From positions 8,959 to 72,958 of the forward strand of contig CAZMTL010000004.1 of assembly GCA_964569575.1 (NCBI GenBank): DNA of 64,000 nt. The letters run 5' to 3'. Within the stretch, counting starts at the first letter, position 1; the number at the start of each line of letters is the position of its first letter. A program made the translations under genes and the position numbers. This document shows, piece after piece, positions 1 through 11,951 of the stretch. The notes below the pieces were generated by a model. The model saw only the letters and a list, made by a program, of their open reading frames with translations. It made no database searches and was not told the DNA's origin. Source of the DNA: an uncultured Gammaproteobacteria bacterium. Lineage in GTDB: Bacteria; Patescibacteriota; Patescibacteriia; UBA9934.

Positions 1-88
1 GCATGTAAGAATTTCGCACAATACAACTCTATCGCACTCCCAATTCTAATCAAACACGCCTGTGGAAAACATGCTATACTGAACGGAC

Positions 89-1282
89 ATGAAAAAATTC
101 CTCTTACTTGGATTACTCCTCGGTATCGGCCTAGGCATTTACGGAATTTTCAGGCACTCAAACGTGAATGCTCGCGAAAAACAAGAAGAAAACATCGAAA
201 CCACCGAACCACAAATCCAAATCACCACAAACAGCTACACCATTCAAGACGGTGACACGTTCACAAAAGCCGCAGAACAACTTGAAATACCCTACAGCGA
301 AGCGCTAGCGATTGTAGAGGCCGCAACAGACACATTCGACTTCACTCGCGTACGAATTGGAAAAACACTTTCGATCGTATTCGAGGACGGCGTGCGAAAA
401 CGATTGGAATATGAACCAGACAACGAACGAGTGATCGTTGTCGACCTGCAAAACAACTACGCAACCACAGAAAAGCCAATCGAATACAACGTCGAACTCA
501 CAACCGCGCAGGTAACCATTCAGGAATCCATGTTTCTCTCTGGCGTAAATGCAGGGGTTCCAGAAACAGTCATTCTCGACATGGCAGAGATATTCGCTTG
601 GGAAATCGATTTCGCGACTCAGACGCAAACAGGCGATTCATTCCAAGTACTCTACGAAAAACGAACACGGAACGGCCAAGAATCCACACCCGGAAAAGTA
701 CTCGCTGCCACATTCACAAACCGTGGATCTGTTTCGAGCGCTTTCCGCTTCGAAACAGAAGAAAAAGCCGGCTATTACGACGCTGCGGGCAACAGCTTGG
801 TGCGTCCGTTCTTAAAAGCTCCCCTTTCCTACTCCCGAATCACATCCGGATTCAGCTACTCGCGATTTCACCCAGTTCTTGGCACAAACACCATGCACCG
901 CGCCATCGACTACGCTGCGCCGCTTGGAACGCCAATCATGGCCGTTGGAGACGGGACCATTACTTACCTGGGCTACAACGGTGGGTACGGAAACTATATC
1001 GACATCCGCCACAACGCCACATTCGAAACGCAATACGCGCATTTAAGTTCGTATGCGCAAGGATTACGCGCCGGAAGTCGCGTAACACAAGGACAAGTCA
1101 TCGGATATGTCGGATCAACCGGCTACTCAACTGGACCGCACCTTCACTATCAAGTTGAAGTAAACGGCGAACTAGTGAACCCACTCGAAGTAGAATTCCC
1201 AAGTGGAGACGCTATCGCGGAAGAATACAAACCTGCATTCGACCAAAAACGAAGCGAACTCGAACAACTTCTCCAAAATTAA
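89..1282 (+). CDS. M23 family metallopeptidase with N-terminal membrane anchor and LysM/OapA-like segment
   Basis: The C-terminal region (HRAIDYAAPLGTPI...GYVGSTGYSTGPHLHYQV) matches the M23/LytM peptidase signature. The N-terminus is a hydrophobic signal/TM segment. Confidence 0.85.
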   Translation: MKKFLLLGLLLGIGLGIYGIFRHSNVNAREKQEENIETTEPQIQITTNSYTIQDGDTFTKAAEQLEIPYSEALAIVEAATDTFDFTRVRIGKTLSIVFEDGVRKRLEYEPDNERVIVVDLQNNYATTEKPIEYNVELTTAQVTIQESMFLSGVNAGVPETVILDMAEIFAWEIDFATQTQTGDSFQVLYEKRTRNGQESTPGKVLAATFTNRGSVSSAFRFETEEKAGYYDAAGNSLVRPFLKAPLSYSRITSGFSYSRFHPVLGTNTMHRAIDYAAPLGTPIMAVGDGTITYLGYNGGYGNYIDIRHNATFETQYAHLSSYAQGLRAGSRVTQGQVIGYVGSTGYSTGPHLHYQVEVNGELVNPLEVEFPSGDAIAEEYKPAFDQKRSELEQLLQN

Positions 1283-1306
1283 AAATCACCGGTTTGGTGA
1301 TTTTTA
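1283..1306. terminator. bidirectional intrinsic terminator hairpin (AAATCACC-GGTTTG-GGTGATTT)
   Basis: Perfect inverted repeat flanked by A-run and T-run, lying between two convergent genes. Confidence 0.6.
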
Positions 1307-1321
1307 ATTTACTTCTAAATG

Positions 1322-1636
1322 CTATTTAAACTTTACCGCTGTTCCATAAGCCAAAATCTCGGCCGCGCCCTGCATTACTTGTGAAGTTGAATAGCGCGCA
1401 CAAACAATGGCATCTGCCCCCAAATTCGTCGCTTCCTTCACCATACGTTCAGTCGCTTGATCACGAGCAGAACTAAGCATATTTGTATATTCACTAATCT
1501 CCCCACCGATAATCGACTTAAGTCCCGCCATAATATCGTTTCCAATGTGCTTCGCTTGAATTGTATTCCCCCGTACAAGCCCAAGAACCTCACCTACTTC
1601 TTTCCCTGGAATTGTTTCGATTGTAGTAATCATCAT
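1322..1636 (-). CDS. YbjQ/UPF0145 family protein
   Basis: The sequence MITTIETIPGKEV...GADAIVCARYSTSQVMQGAAEILAYGTAV is typical of the YbjQ heavy-metal-binding-like family. The start is likely an internal Met. Confidence 0.8.
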   Translation of the reverse strand: MMITTIETIPGKEVGEVLGLVRGNTIQAKHIGNDIMAGLKSIIGGEISEYTNMLSSARDQATERMVKEATNLGADAIVCARYSTSQVMQGAAEILAYGTAVKFK

Positions 1637-1936
1637 AGATCTACACTGTAACAAATCACTCCCAGAACAGCTAGACTTGAGTTATGAAGAAAAAATGATA
1701 TGATTTTAGCAGGAGGAGACTTTGAAAAAACAAGGAAACAAAACTGGGGACGGAAACGATGCCCCAAGCTCACCCAACCGTGACAACCACTGGATCACCG
1801 ACGAGATGATTCGTGACGCGTGGAGACACCAACAGCAACAACCACGACCAACGTGGGACAACAGCTACGAAGAGGGTTCAGACGAATCCAAGAACTGAAC
1901 AACGGCCGCTCCACCCGGGGCGGCAAAACCATTTTT

Positions 1937-2434
1937 ATGAGAGTACCGACAAGAAAATCTGAACAAGATCGCCACGCCCTGCAAAGCAACGACCCGCTTT
2001 ACATCACAAAAGAAGGCATCGCAAAAATGAAACGAACAGCGGAGCGAATCAAGAAAGAACTCCCAGAACTACGCGCCGAAGTAACGCGCACGCAGGAAAT
2101 GGGAGATTTATCAGAAAACGCCGCCTACCAAGAAGCGAAACACACGTTACGCAGAAAGCAGTCACAACTAGAACGCATTGAGGAAGAATTAAAACAAGTG
2201 ATCGAAATTCAAACATCGGGCAACGAACAGGTTCAATTAGGCTCGCAGGTAACGGTATTATTCGGAAATGAAGAGAAGATCTTCGAAATGGTCGGCGAAC
2301 AAGAAGCAAACCCCTTCAAAAACCGTATCTCGCACAAATCACCCCTAGGCGCACAGCTTGTAGGCAAAAAGACAGGCGACCAATTCGAATTCGGACCAAA
2401 ATCAATCGTCGTTATCGTAAAAACAATCAAATAA
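1937..2434 (+). CDS. greA: transcription elongation factor GreA
   Basis: Shows the GreA coiled-coil N-domain and C-terminal FKBP-like domain (GDLSENAAYQEAKH...SPLGAQLVGKKTGD). The ORF track extends the frame to 1820, and that N-terminal extension overlaps a GC-richer leader, so the true start is uncertain. Confidence 0.85.
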   Translation: MRVPTRKSEQDRHALQSNDPLYITKEGIAKMKRTAERIKKELPELRAEVTRTQEMGDLSENAAYQEAKHTLRRKQSQLERIEEELKQVIEIQTSGNEQVQLGSQVTVLFGNEEKIFEMVGEQEANPFKNRISHKSPLGAQLVGKKTGDQFEFGPKSIVVIVKTIK

Positions 2435-2435
2435 A

Positions 2436-2466
2436 AAATCAGGCCGTAACAGCCTGATTTTTTTAC
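2436..2466. terminator. bidirectional intrinsic terminator
   Basis: The hairpin AATCAGGC-CGTAAC-AGCCTGATT is followed by a T-run and lies between convergent greA and dsbA-like genes. Confidence 0.6.
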
Positions 2467-2472
2467 TATACG

Positions 2473-3201
2473 TTACTTCGCCAATTCTGCATCAACCAAT
2501 GCCTTCAACTGATCGTACGGCACTGCTCCCGAAACTAACTGACCATTTACGAAGGTAGCCGGTGTTCCTGTTACGCCTGCTGCGACTCCAGACGCGTAAT
2601 CCGCGTCCACAATGTCGGCATACTTTTCAGAATCATAACAATCCTGGAACTGCGTTGTGTTCAAACCTAGATCACCTGCAAGATCGATGTAATATGCATC
2701 GTTCAACAATGCTTGATTTGCCATCAACGTATCACCGTATTCCCAGAACTTACCTTGTTCCGCCGCACATTCCGACGCAAGAGCTGCTGGTCGAGCCTGA
2801 GGGTGGAAAGAAAGTGGGAAATGTCGGTACACCCAAGCCACATCTTCGCCATACTCTTCAACTAATCGAACCATGGAAGGATGATGACGTTCGCAGAACG
2901 GACATTCAAAATCTGAATACTCTACCAATACAACCTTCGCCTTATTGATATCTCCTCGAATGTGTTCATCTTCCTGAACAGCCGCGAGCGTACCACTAGG
3001 CTGAGGCGTACCAGTATTTGTTCCTGTGTTCGTTCCAGTATTCGTCGGAACGGTTCGTCCACCATTATTCGATCCATTTGCCCCAAACGACGGAAGACTA
3101 AATCCTCCACCAAGCACTGCCGTTACCGCAATACCTGTCACCAATCCGAAAAGAAAAATCATCTTCGGGTTACCGTCAAAAAAACCTTTACTTTCTTGCA
3201 T
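2473..3201 (-). CDS. DsbA-family thiol:disulfide oxidoreductase, membrane-anchored
   Basis: Has a CPFC active-site motif (YSDFECPFCERHH) in a thioredoxin fold, an N-terminal TM segment and a TNTGTNTGTNTGT linker. Confidence 0.8.
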   Translation of the reverse strand: MQESKGFFDGNPKMIFLFGLVTGIAVTAVLGGGFSLPSFGANGSNNGGRTVPTNTGTNTGTNTGTPQPSGTLAAVQEDEHIRGDINKAKVVLVEYSDFECPFCERHHPSMVRLVEEYGEDVAWVYRHFPLSFHPQARPAALASECAAEQGKFWEYGDTLMANQALLNDAYYIDLAGDLGLNTTQFQDCYDSEKYADIVDADYASGVAAGVTGTPATFVNGQLVSGAVPYDQLKALVDAELAK

Positions 3202-3943
3202 AATTTTTTCGTAAAAAATTAATTCCGTACACAACTCCGAACAGTACAAGAACGATACACATGTACTGCGCCGGCGTCAGTCCCCAGTATTTTACATCAG
3301 CTGCACGGTAGAAGTCTAGAAAGAAACGCACAGCCCCATACCAAATAGAAAAGATCGCAATATACGAACCAACAGGAGCGCGCTTCTTAGCCAAAAAAAG
3401 AAACACCAAACTCATCGCTAGGCCATTTAACGAAAGATATAGTCCATGATCGTGACGCACGATCCCGTCCGGATACTCAACGCCAAGAACAAAATCCGTC
3501 GCCGTACCAGGGTGATCATGAATCAAAAAACACCCTATTCTTCCAATCCACAACCCAAACGGCAACCCAAAAATCAACGAATCACTATACATCCAAGGGT
3601 CCAATTGATGTTTTCGAAAATACCAAAGCGCAATCACCAAACAAGCAATTAATCCCCCAAACAACGACATACCTCCCTGCCAAATAAACAAAATCTCGAT
3701 CGGATTCGCCAAAAAATACGCAGGCTCGTAAAACAACACGTGCCCCAGTCGACCACCAACTGCTGCTCCTAACACAAAAAGCACGGTCAAATCATACACG
3801 TGCTTTGTGTCTCCTCCTCGAAATCGAACCATCCGAGCCGCTACAAACGAACCAAGTAAAAATCCTAACGCAACAAACAGTCCCCAGACATGCAGAGTAA
3901 ATGGTCCTATCGCAATACTTGTCCATGAAAGATATGGGATCAT
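3188..3943 (-). CDS. lgt: prolipoprotein diacylglyceryl transferase
   Basis: Polytopic membrane protein carrying the Lgt signature region (HDHPGTATDF, GLYLSLNGLAMSL). Confidence 0.9.
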   Translation of the reverse strand: MIPYLSWTSIAIGPFTLHVWGLFVALGFLLGSFVAARMVRFRGGDTKHVYDLTVLFVLGAAVGGRLGHVLFYEPAYFLANPIEILFIWQGGMSLFGGLIACLVIALWYFRKHQLDPWMYSDSLIFGLPFGLWIGRIGCFLIHDHPGTATDFVLGVEYPDGIVRHDHGLYLSLNGLAMSLVFLFLAKKRAPVGSYIAIFSIWYGAVRFFLDFYRAADVKYWGLTPAQYMCIVLVLFGVVYGINFLRKNYARK

Positions 3944-5373
3944 GAAGGCATGTTTGAGTGCCAGTCTGTCAACGATTGATACGCATGCGCAACCGCCAAC
4001 ACCTTCGCGTCAGCCTTGTACGCTCCAATAAACTGAACGCCTACAGGCAAATTCTGTGCAAAACCACACGGAACAGAAATCGCGGGAATCCCGGCAATAT
4101 TCGCCGTAGTAGTAAAGATGTCAGAAAGATACATCGTAACCGGATCATTGAATTTTTCATCAATCTTCCAAGCAACCGAAGGAGACGTTGGCGTCAACAG
4201 TACATCCACCTGCTTAAACACCTCAGCAAATTCCTGCGAAATAGCTGTCTTTACCGCAACCGCCTTTTTGTAATACGCGTCGTAATAACCAGCCGACAAA
4301 ATATACGTTCCAAGCATAATTCGACGCTTCACCTCTGCGCCAAATCCCGCGCCTCGTGCCTTAACATAACTATCAAGCAATCCACCTTCAGCACGCGTTC
4401 CATATCGCATCCCATCAAAACGAGCCAAATTCGAACTTGCTTCAGCCGGTTGCAAAATATAGTACGCAGGCAAAGAATATTGCGTTAGCGGCAAACTTAC
4501 CTCCACAAACTCTGCGCCAGCTGTTTTCAACACCTCAATAGCCTCTAGTACACGTGAACGAACTTCCCCGTCCATCCCATCAATAAAATATTCTTTTGGA
4601 ACACCAATTTTTAATCCAGCTACCGAAGAAGAGAGAAGCTCGGAAGGAACAACTTCAGACGGCAACGTAGTCGCATCGTGTGCATCTTCACCAGAAATAA
4701 CTTCGTACACCATCGCTGCATCTTCAACCGTACGAGTAATCGGTCCAATTTGATCAAGTGTTGAAGCAAGTGCAATCAACCCGTAACGCGAAACACGTCC
4801 ATAAGTAGGTTTAAATCCAGTCACACCACACAATGCAGCCGGCTGACGAATTGATCCACCTGTATCTGAACCAAGAGCCACAGGAACCATTCCTGCCGCT
4901 ACCGCTGCAACCGAGCCACCCGAAGAACCTCCAGGAATGCGTTCCAAATCCCAAGGATTTTTCGTCTTCTGAAAAGCCGACGTTTCGGTAGAAGACCCCA
5001 TTGCGAATTCGTCCATGTTCACGCGGCCAATCAAAATTGCACCAGCTGCAATCAAACGATCAATCACAGTCGCGTTATACGTACTTACATAATCCTCCAA
5101 CATCTTCGAGCCCGAACTCGCATGCTTTCCAACCTGACAAAGATTATCCTTCACTGCCACCGGCACACCTGCTAATCGCGGCAATTCTTCTCCGGCCGCA
5201 ATCATCGCATCAATTTCTTTTGCACGCGTTCGAGCGTCGTCTGCATACACTTCTAAAAAAGCTCCGACAGCGGAATCCTTCTCTTCGATCACCTTCAACG
5301 AAGCTTCTACCACATCAACCGCAGTAAGCGATTTGTTTCGAAGACCGTCGTAAATTTGTTTTACAGTATACAT
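3940..5373 (-). CDS. gatA: Glu-tRNA(Gln) amidotransferase subunit A
   Basis: Amidase signature ([14 protein letters not shown]). It lies immediately downstream of gatC with an ATGA overlap with lgt. Confidence 0.95.
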   Translation of the reverse strand: MYTVKQIYDGLRNKSLTAVDVVEASLKVIEEKDSAVGAFLEVYADDARTRAKEIDAMIAAGEELPRLAGVPVAVKDNLCQVGKHASSGSKMLEDYVSTYNATVIDRLIAAGAILIGRVNMDEFAMGSSTETSAFQKTKNPWDLERIPGGSSGGSVAAVAAGMVPVALGSDTGGSIRQPAALCGVTGFKPTYGRVSRYGLIALASTLDQIGPITRTVEDAAMVYEVISGEDAHDATTLPSEVVPSELLSSSVAGLKIGVPKEYFIDGMDGEVRSRVLEAIEVLKTAGAEFVEVSLPLTQYSLPAYYILQPAEASSNLARFDGMRYGTRAEGGLLDSYVKARGAGFGAEVKRRIMLGTYILSAGYYDAYYKKAVAVKTAISQEFAEVFKQVDVLLTPTSPSVAWKIDEKFNDPVTMYLSDIFTTTANIAGIPAISVPCGFAQNLPVGVQFIGAYKADAKVLAVAHAYQSLTDWHSNMPS

Positions 5374-5375
5374 AA

Positions 5376-5663
5376 TTATTCAAATACAGCAGGAACCTGC
5401 AATGCACCACCTTTTTCATTAGGAAACGAATCAATCAAGCGCGCGCGCTCAGTCTCGTTTTGCTCAACCACATCATCTCGAAAAACATTCTGACGATCAG
5501 AAAGGTACGCCTTTGCCTCAACATTCGAAGTATCCACTTCCTGCAATTTACCAATATATTCCAAAATACGCGGCATCTGCGCCTTTAGCATTTCTTTCTC
5601 TTCCGAACTTAGCTCCAGATAAGCCAGTTTAGACAATCGTTCAATATCAAATACATCTTTCAT
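5376..5663 (-). CDS. gatC: Glu-tRNA(Gln) amidotransferase subunit C
   Basis: A 95-aa GatC-like protein directly upstream of gatA. Confidence 0.85.
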   Translation of the reverse strand: MKDVFDIERLSKLAYLELSSEEKEMLKAQMPRILEYIGKLQEVDTSNVEAKAYLSDRQNVFRDDVVEQNETERARLIDSFPNEKGGALQVPAVFE

Positions 5664-5672
5664 AGGTACAAT

Positions 5673-7718
<2,046 letters not shown>

Positions 7719-7721
<3 letters not shown>

Positions 7722-7898
7722 CAACAATCCAGCTTCAGAAAAATGTAATCGTGAATCGGTTCCAATAACCATGTCCGTACTCTGAATCACGAGCACTTCG
7801 TCTGCCTTCTCGGCCGTTGGACGAATAATCGTGAAGAATATCCCAATAAACACGATAATAAACACGAATCCCAGCGCCGTTGATGCAAATAATTTCAT
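7719..7898 (-). CDS. small membrane protein, possibly YajC-like (59 aa, below the ORF-track cutoff)
   Basis: Hand-translated as MKLFASTALGFVFIIVFIGIFFTIIRPTAEKADEVLVIQSTDMVIGTDSRLHFSEAGLL. It has one TM helix and an IRP...DEV pattern loosely like YajC. Confidence 0.3.
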
Positions 7899-8003
7899 AA
7901 GAAATGGCTACTGAATTAACACACAATAATAGCAGAAAAAAGGCGTTTTGTCAATGTAAACACGAAACCCCCGCCACACACGTGTAGTGCGGCAGGGGTC
8001 AGG

Positions 8004-8288
8004 CTACGAGTCAAACGTCTCGGTGCGAAGCTCCAACCCGTTCCAAACAGGCTGAAAGATCGCATCGTGATCATTTGATCCCTCGCGATAAACTCCAATC
8101 CGTTGACCTTCGGGAAGGATGATCAACAGCTGGCCCTTACGCGGATCGTAGCGAAGAACTACCAGGCCCTCCACTCCTGTCGACCGAATGATCGCTTCCA
8201 CCCGATCGAGCAGGTGAATGGCGGTACACTCGACACCGGCACGGAGTATGAAGCGGATCTCCCGCTGAACAGACTCTGTCAGACGCAC
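8004..8288 (-). CDS. hypothetical protein in GC-rich island (possible frameshifted continuation of 8279..8545)
   Basis: The GTG start overlaps the previous ORF's stop and has no SD, and its frame stays open upstream. Either two coupled small genes or one gene of about 180 aa with a frameshift. Confidence 0.4.
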   Translation of the reverse strand: MRLTESVQREIRFILRAGVECTAIHLLDRVEAIIRSTGVEGLVVLRYDPRKGQLLIILPEGQRIGVYREGSNDHDAIFQPVWNGLELRTETFDS

Positions 8289-8545
8289 TCGCGGAACGTC
8301 GCCTCGTGCATCTGAAGGAACGACTCCAGCGGATCGGGGCTGACGGGCCGAATGGGCCGGCGCACCTTGGATCCATCGATCTCGACAACGATCTCGAACG
8401 ACTCGTCATCGAAGAACACCTCAGCCTCCAGACCGAGCTCGTAGAGAACCCGCTGGACGACGTCCTCGTCGAGCGAATCCTGCTCGAGCAGCTTCACGAT
8501 CACCACTCCAACATCGGCAGACGAACACACGCGCCTTGCGACCAT
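8279..8545 (-). CDS. hypothetical acidic protein in GC-rich island
   Basis: ATG with SD (GGAGAGG) 2-4 nt upstream. GC is about 58% against a background of about 45%. Confidence 0.5.
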   Translation of the reverse strand: MVARRVCSSADVGVVIVKLLEQDSLDEDVVQRVLYELGLEAEVFFDDESFEIVVEIDGSKVRRPIRPVSPDPLESFLQMHEATFRECV

Positions 8546-8686
8546 GACCTCTCCTGAAAAACGGCATTATCGCCTCGAAAAAGACAAATATTCTCTTCTT
8601 CAAGCCAACCAAGAATACAAATGCACTCTTGCTAATAACGAAAGAACATAACAAAAAAATGGCCCTCTGTCAACCAAAAAGCCAAA

Positions 8687-9475
8687 TTACACTCCTAAAT
8701 ACCAACCAAGAATCCATTCTCCAAAAAACATCACGAACACAATAGCGCAGGCCATAAACGTTCCGAATGGTACATGGCTCGAAAGCGCACGCTTCTTACT
8801 AAGCACCAAAAGCAATCCACCAATCCCACCAAAAATATAACTAAACAACAACGCCAACAAACCTAACTGCGGGCCAAGCAAAAACCCCATCAACAACCCC
8901 ATACGCACATCCCCATCACCAACCCACTTCCCTTGCGAAATCAGGTACTGAACGGCAAAAAACGTTCCAATCAGCAATCCTCCCAACACAAACCACACAA
9001 TAGAAGCACCAAGCGCCAAATTGAATATCAAGATAGCCAAAATCGCCGGCACCGAAAACCGATCTAAAATAACCGAAAAACGATAATCATACACAAAGAT
9101 CACCATCAAAAACGACACCACCACAACATCTCGAACAAACAGCAAAATTAATTCGGACGAATCAACGAATTCAGGAATGCCAAACCCAAGCGCCACACGC
9201 AAAAACAACAACGTGGTCAAAATTCCCATTGCAAGCTCGACCGCCGGGTACTGCCACTCAATCACCGTCGCACACGAACGACATCGTCCTCGCAACGAAA
9301 TATAACTCACCACCGGAATCGTATCCAAAAAGGCAATCGGCTCTAAACACGTGTGACAGGTTGATTTCGGTTTTAACAACGCCGCATCTGCCTTTGTGCG
9401 AAAAATAACCACATTCAACAATCCGCCGATCGCAATCCCGAGTAATGCCGAAAGAATAATGCCAAGAACAATCAT
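8687..9475 (-). CDS. pilD: type IV prepilin leader peptidase (A24 family)
   Basis: Zn-binding CHTC...CRSC motif, polytopic membrane topology and a GDGD-containing catalytic region. Confidence 0.85.
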   Translation of the reverse strand: MIVLGIILSALLGIAIGGLLNVVIFRTKADAALLKPKSTCHTCLEPIAFLDTIPVVSYISLRGRCRSCATVIEWQYPAVELAMGILTTLLFLRVALGFGIPEFVDSSELILLFVRDVVVVSFLMVIFVYDYRFSVILDRFSVPAILAILIFNLALGASIVWFVLGGLLIGTFFAVQYLISQGKWVGDGDVRMGLLMGFLLGPQLGLLALLFSYIFGGIGGLLLVLSKKRALSSHVPFGTFMACAIVFVMFFGEWILGWYLGV

Positions 9476-9476
9476 A

Positions 9477-9983
9477 TTAATTCGAAAGTAGAATTTGTCG
9501 ACATGCGCCCGATTCAAAACCAGTCTCGGTTGCACAATTCAATCCCTTGCTCAAACCAAGAATCGCATTGTCCTTCTCGAGCTCGAACTGAATTCGATAC
9601 GTTTCCTCGTTCGCTGCGTAACAATACGCATTCGATGCTTCGGAACACTGCGAAAGCTCTCGCAGTCCGCGCTGAGGAGGCGAAAACACAACTTCCATAT
9701 ATGTTTGTTCAGCACGCGCACAAGCACCCACAAAGCCATCAACCCCCAAGCAGCGCGTCGAAGGCCATCCAAGCGCAATGTATTCCGGAGAAACAGGAAA
9801 TTCGCTCGTATCATGATAATACAGTTCTAACGCAACCTGCGTTTGACGCACATCCGAAAGCCGAACGGCGTCCCGCATCTGCGCTCGCGCACTCGACAAC
9901 ACCAACACAGTAATCAATCCCAAGATCGCAAGCACCGAAGTAGCGATCAACAATTCAATTCTTGTAATTCCTGACTGAGTCAT
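9477..9983 (-). CDS. type IV pilin/pseudopilin
   Basis: N-terminal class III signal (MTQSG|ITRIELLIATSVLAILGL) with Glu at +5. Confidence 0.75.
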   Translation of the reverse strand: MTQSGITRIELLIATSVLAILGLITVLVLSSARAQMRDAVRLSDVRQTQVALELYYHDTSEFPVSPEYIALGWPSTRCLGVDGFVGACARAEQTYMEVVFSPPQRGLRELSQCSEASNAYCYAANEETYRIQFELEKDNAILGLSKGLNCATETGFESGACRQILLSN

Positions 9984-9999
9984 ATGCTTTAGTATATCA

Positions 10000-10374
10000 C
10001 TATTGAAGTAACCGCTTTATCTTTTGAACAAACTCCTGTGGAAGAAAGTGACCGAGTAACAAAAAGTGGTCCACTCCATGCCTTAATGCCTGGTCAATGA
10101 ACTTTTTCTGAGCCGAATGAGCAAGAATCACCGTCTTCAAATTCAACAAAGACGGAATGCGTTTCATCGATTCCAAAGCAGCGATCGGATCAACGGTACA
10201 TTGAGCATCCAGTATGACAACATCCGGGTGAATTTTCGCCACCTTCTTCTGCGCTTCTTCCAATGTTTCATTCACATCCACTTCGATCCCCTCCTGCTCC
10301 AGCTTACGACCATAAATACCGGCTAAAAAACTATCGCACGCAATAATCATCACAAGAGGATCTTGTTTCGACAT
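10000..10374 (-). CDS. response-regulator receiver (CheY-like) domain protein
   Basis: About 125 aa with an alpha/beta receiver-like pattern (VMIIACD...VVILDAQ...LKTVILAHS). It is coupled to pilM. Confidence 0.6.
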   Translation of the reverse strand: MSKQDPLVMIIACDSFLAGIYGRKLEQEGIEVDVNETLEEAQKKVAKIHPDVVILDAQCTVDPIAALESMKRIPSLLNLKTVILAHSAQKKFIDQALRHGVDHFLLLGHFLPQEFVQKIKRLLQ

Positions 10375-10375
10375 A

Positions 10376-11506
10376 CTAGTTCTTTTCCGTCTTCTTGAGC
10401 GCAAGCCCGGCTGCGACAGAAAAACGCGGACCAACTTCGTCCAACACCGCACCCAATCCTTTCGGCACCGAAACGCGCGCCCACGGATCACCCAAATACA
10501 CATTCATATTTAATGCAGACGTCAAAATCTGATCAATGTGCGGCAAATGCGCAGAGCCACCCGTAATCACAATCTTCTCAACAGTTGAACCCTGATGAAA
10601 TTCTTGCGCAGCAAAAAGTTCGAGCGAATACTTCACCTCGTGCAAAATCGGCTGCATCGCTTCTTGCAACACCGGAGGAATCGCTGCCCCGTTCGTAAAT
10701 GCTAAATCTAATTTCGTTTGCTCAGCTTCTTCCAAAGACACCCCCATCTGCTTCGAAATCAAACGAGTAATATTTCCGCCTCCCGCCTTTACCGAACGAT
10801 GCAAGAAAGGAATACCTTCGTGCACGATCGTAATATTTGTCCGTTCAAATCCAATATCGACAAGTAGAATCTTTTCCTTCGCTTCACCTACAAGCGAACG
10901 AATCAACGCAAACGCCTCAGTCTCCAGTCCGGTTAAATTCAATTTCGACAACTTAAAAATATCAATATACTTCTGTACCAAGGTCTTCGGGGCACCCGAA
11001 ACCAACACGCGTACATGTTCCGTATCCGTTGTTCGCTGACCAGCAGCCGCCTTTGCATCTGATTTTGCCGATTCCTTTTTTGATGAAATCGGATCAAGAA
11101 TCTGTGAATCCAAAATCATGTCTTGAACCGGAATAGCAAGCAATTTTTTTACTTGGGACTCAATTAACGGCTTCAAATCATCCTTCTTTTCTTTTGGAGC
11201 GGGGATCGTAATAATCGCATGAAAAACCGAATGACTTGGAAGCGACACATTCGCCTGAAGCGATTTCATGCCAGAACGTCGGTGAAGTTCATCAATCAAA
11301 CTTGCCGCGTATTTTGGCTGATCAAGTAAAGATGTTTGTGTTTTATCGCTCTGAGATGTCCAGTCGGTATAACCATACGACAAAAGACGAGATCGTCCAG
11401 ATTCTCGCGCAATTTCGCATGCCTTTATTCCCCCTGCTCCAACATCGATTCCTACGACACCAACATCATTTGATGGCTTCTTTTTTAAGAAAGAAAATAG
11501 TCCCAT
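10376..11506 (-). CDS. pilM: type IV pilus assembly ATPase-like protein PilM
   Basis: Actin-like fold starting VVGIDVGAGGIKACEI, of PilM length and in pilus-cluster context. Confidence 0.85.
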   Translation of the reverse strand: MGLFSFLKKKPSNDVGVVGIDVGAGGIKACEIARESGRSRLLSYGYTDWTSQSDKTQTSLLDQPKYAASLIDELHRRSGMKSLQANVSLPSHSVFHAIITIPAPKEKKDDLKPLIESQVKKLLAIPVQDMILDSQILDPISSKKESAKSDAKAAAGQRTTDTEHVRVLVSGAPKTLVQKYIDIFKLSKLNLTGLETEAFALIRSLVGEAKEKILLVDIGFERTNITIVHEGIPFLHRSVKAGGGNITRLISKQMGVSLEEAEQTKLDLAFTNGAAIPPVLQEAMQPILHEVKYSLELFAAQEFHQGSTVEKIVITGGSAHLPHIDQILTSALNMNVYLGDPWARVSVPKGLGAVLDEVGPRFSVAAGLALKKTEKN

Positions 11507-11541
11507 GTAGAGATAGTTTTGCGTTCAGTATAACACATCGC

Positions 11542-11949
11542 TCACCGAGCATCTAACGCTTGATTCACATACGCGTCCGCTTCCTTGTTCAATTCACGTC
11601 GTACATGCACAAATCGCGCAACAGAAAATTGACGCGCCAGTTGAATCACCTCTTTATACAATGGCTGCAAGCCCGCATTCTTCACTCGATACTGCCCGTT
11701 GATCTGCTTCACCGCTAATTCCGAGTCCAATCGAACATCAATCTCTTCAAAACCTAATTCGAGCGCCTTACGAAGTCCAAGCACGATCGCCATATACTCC
11801 GCCTGATTATTTGTTCCAACTCCAAGGAATACACCTTCGCCAAACACACGCTCTGTTTTATTTAAATCCGTAAACAAGACGTATCCAGCAGCCGAAGGAC
11901 CTGGATTCCCTCTCGATCCTCCATCTGCAAACATGACTGTATAATTCAT
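11542..11949 (-). CDS. rnhA: ribonuclease HI
   Basis: RNase H motif DGGSRGNPGPSAAG and a C-terminal DEDD residue pattern. Confidence 0.85.
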   Translation of the reverse strand: MNYTVMFADGGSRGNPGPSAAGYVLFTDLNKTERVFGEGVFLGVGTNNQAEYMAIVLGLRKALELGFEEIDVRLDSELAVKQINGQYRVKNAGLQPLYKEVIQLARQFSVARFVHVRRELNKEADAYVNQALDAR

Positions 11950-11951
11950 AG

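Noticed and set aside
598-1158. 186-aa + strand ORF in an alternative frame inside the M23 peptidase gene (also 549..815 + and 305..628 -)
   Set aside because: Overlaps the well-supported M23 peptidase frame. Arg-rich nonsense-like composition.
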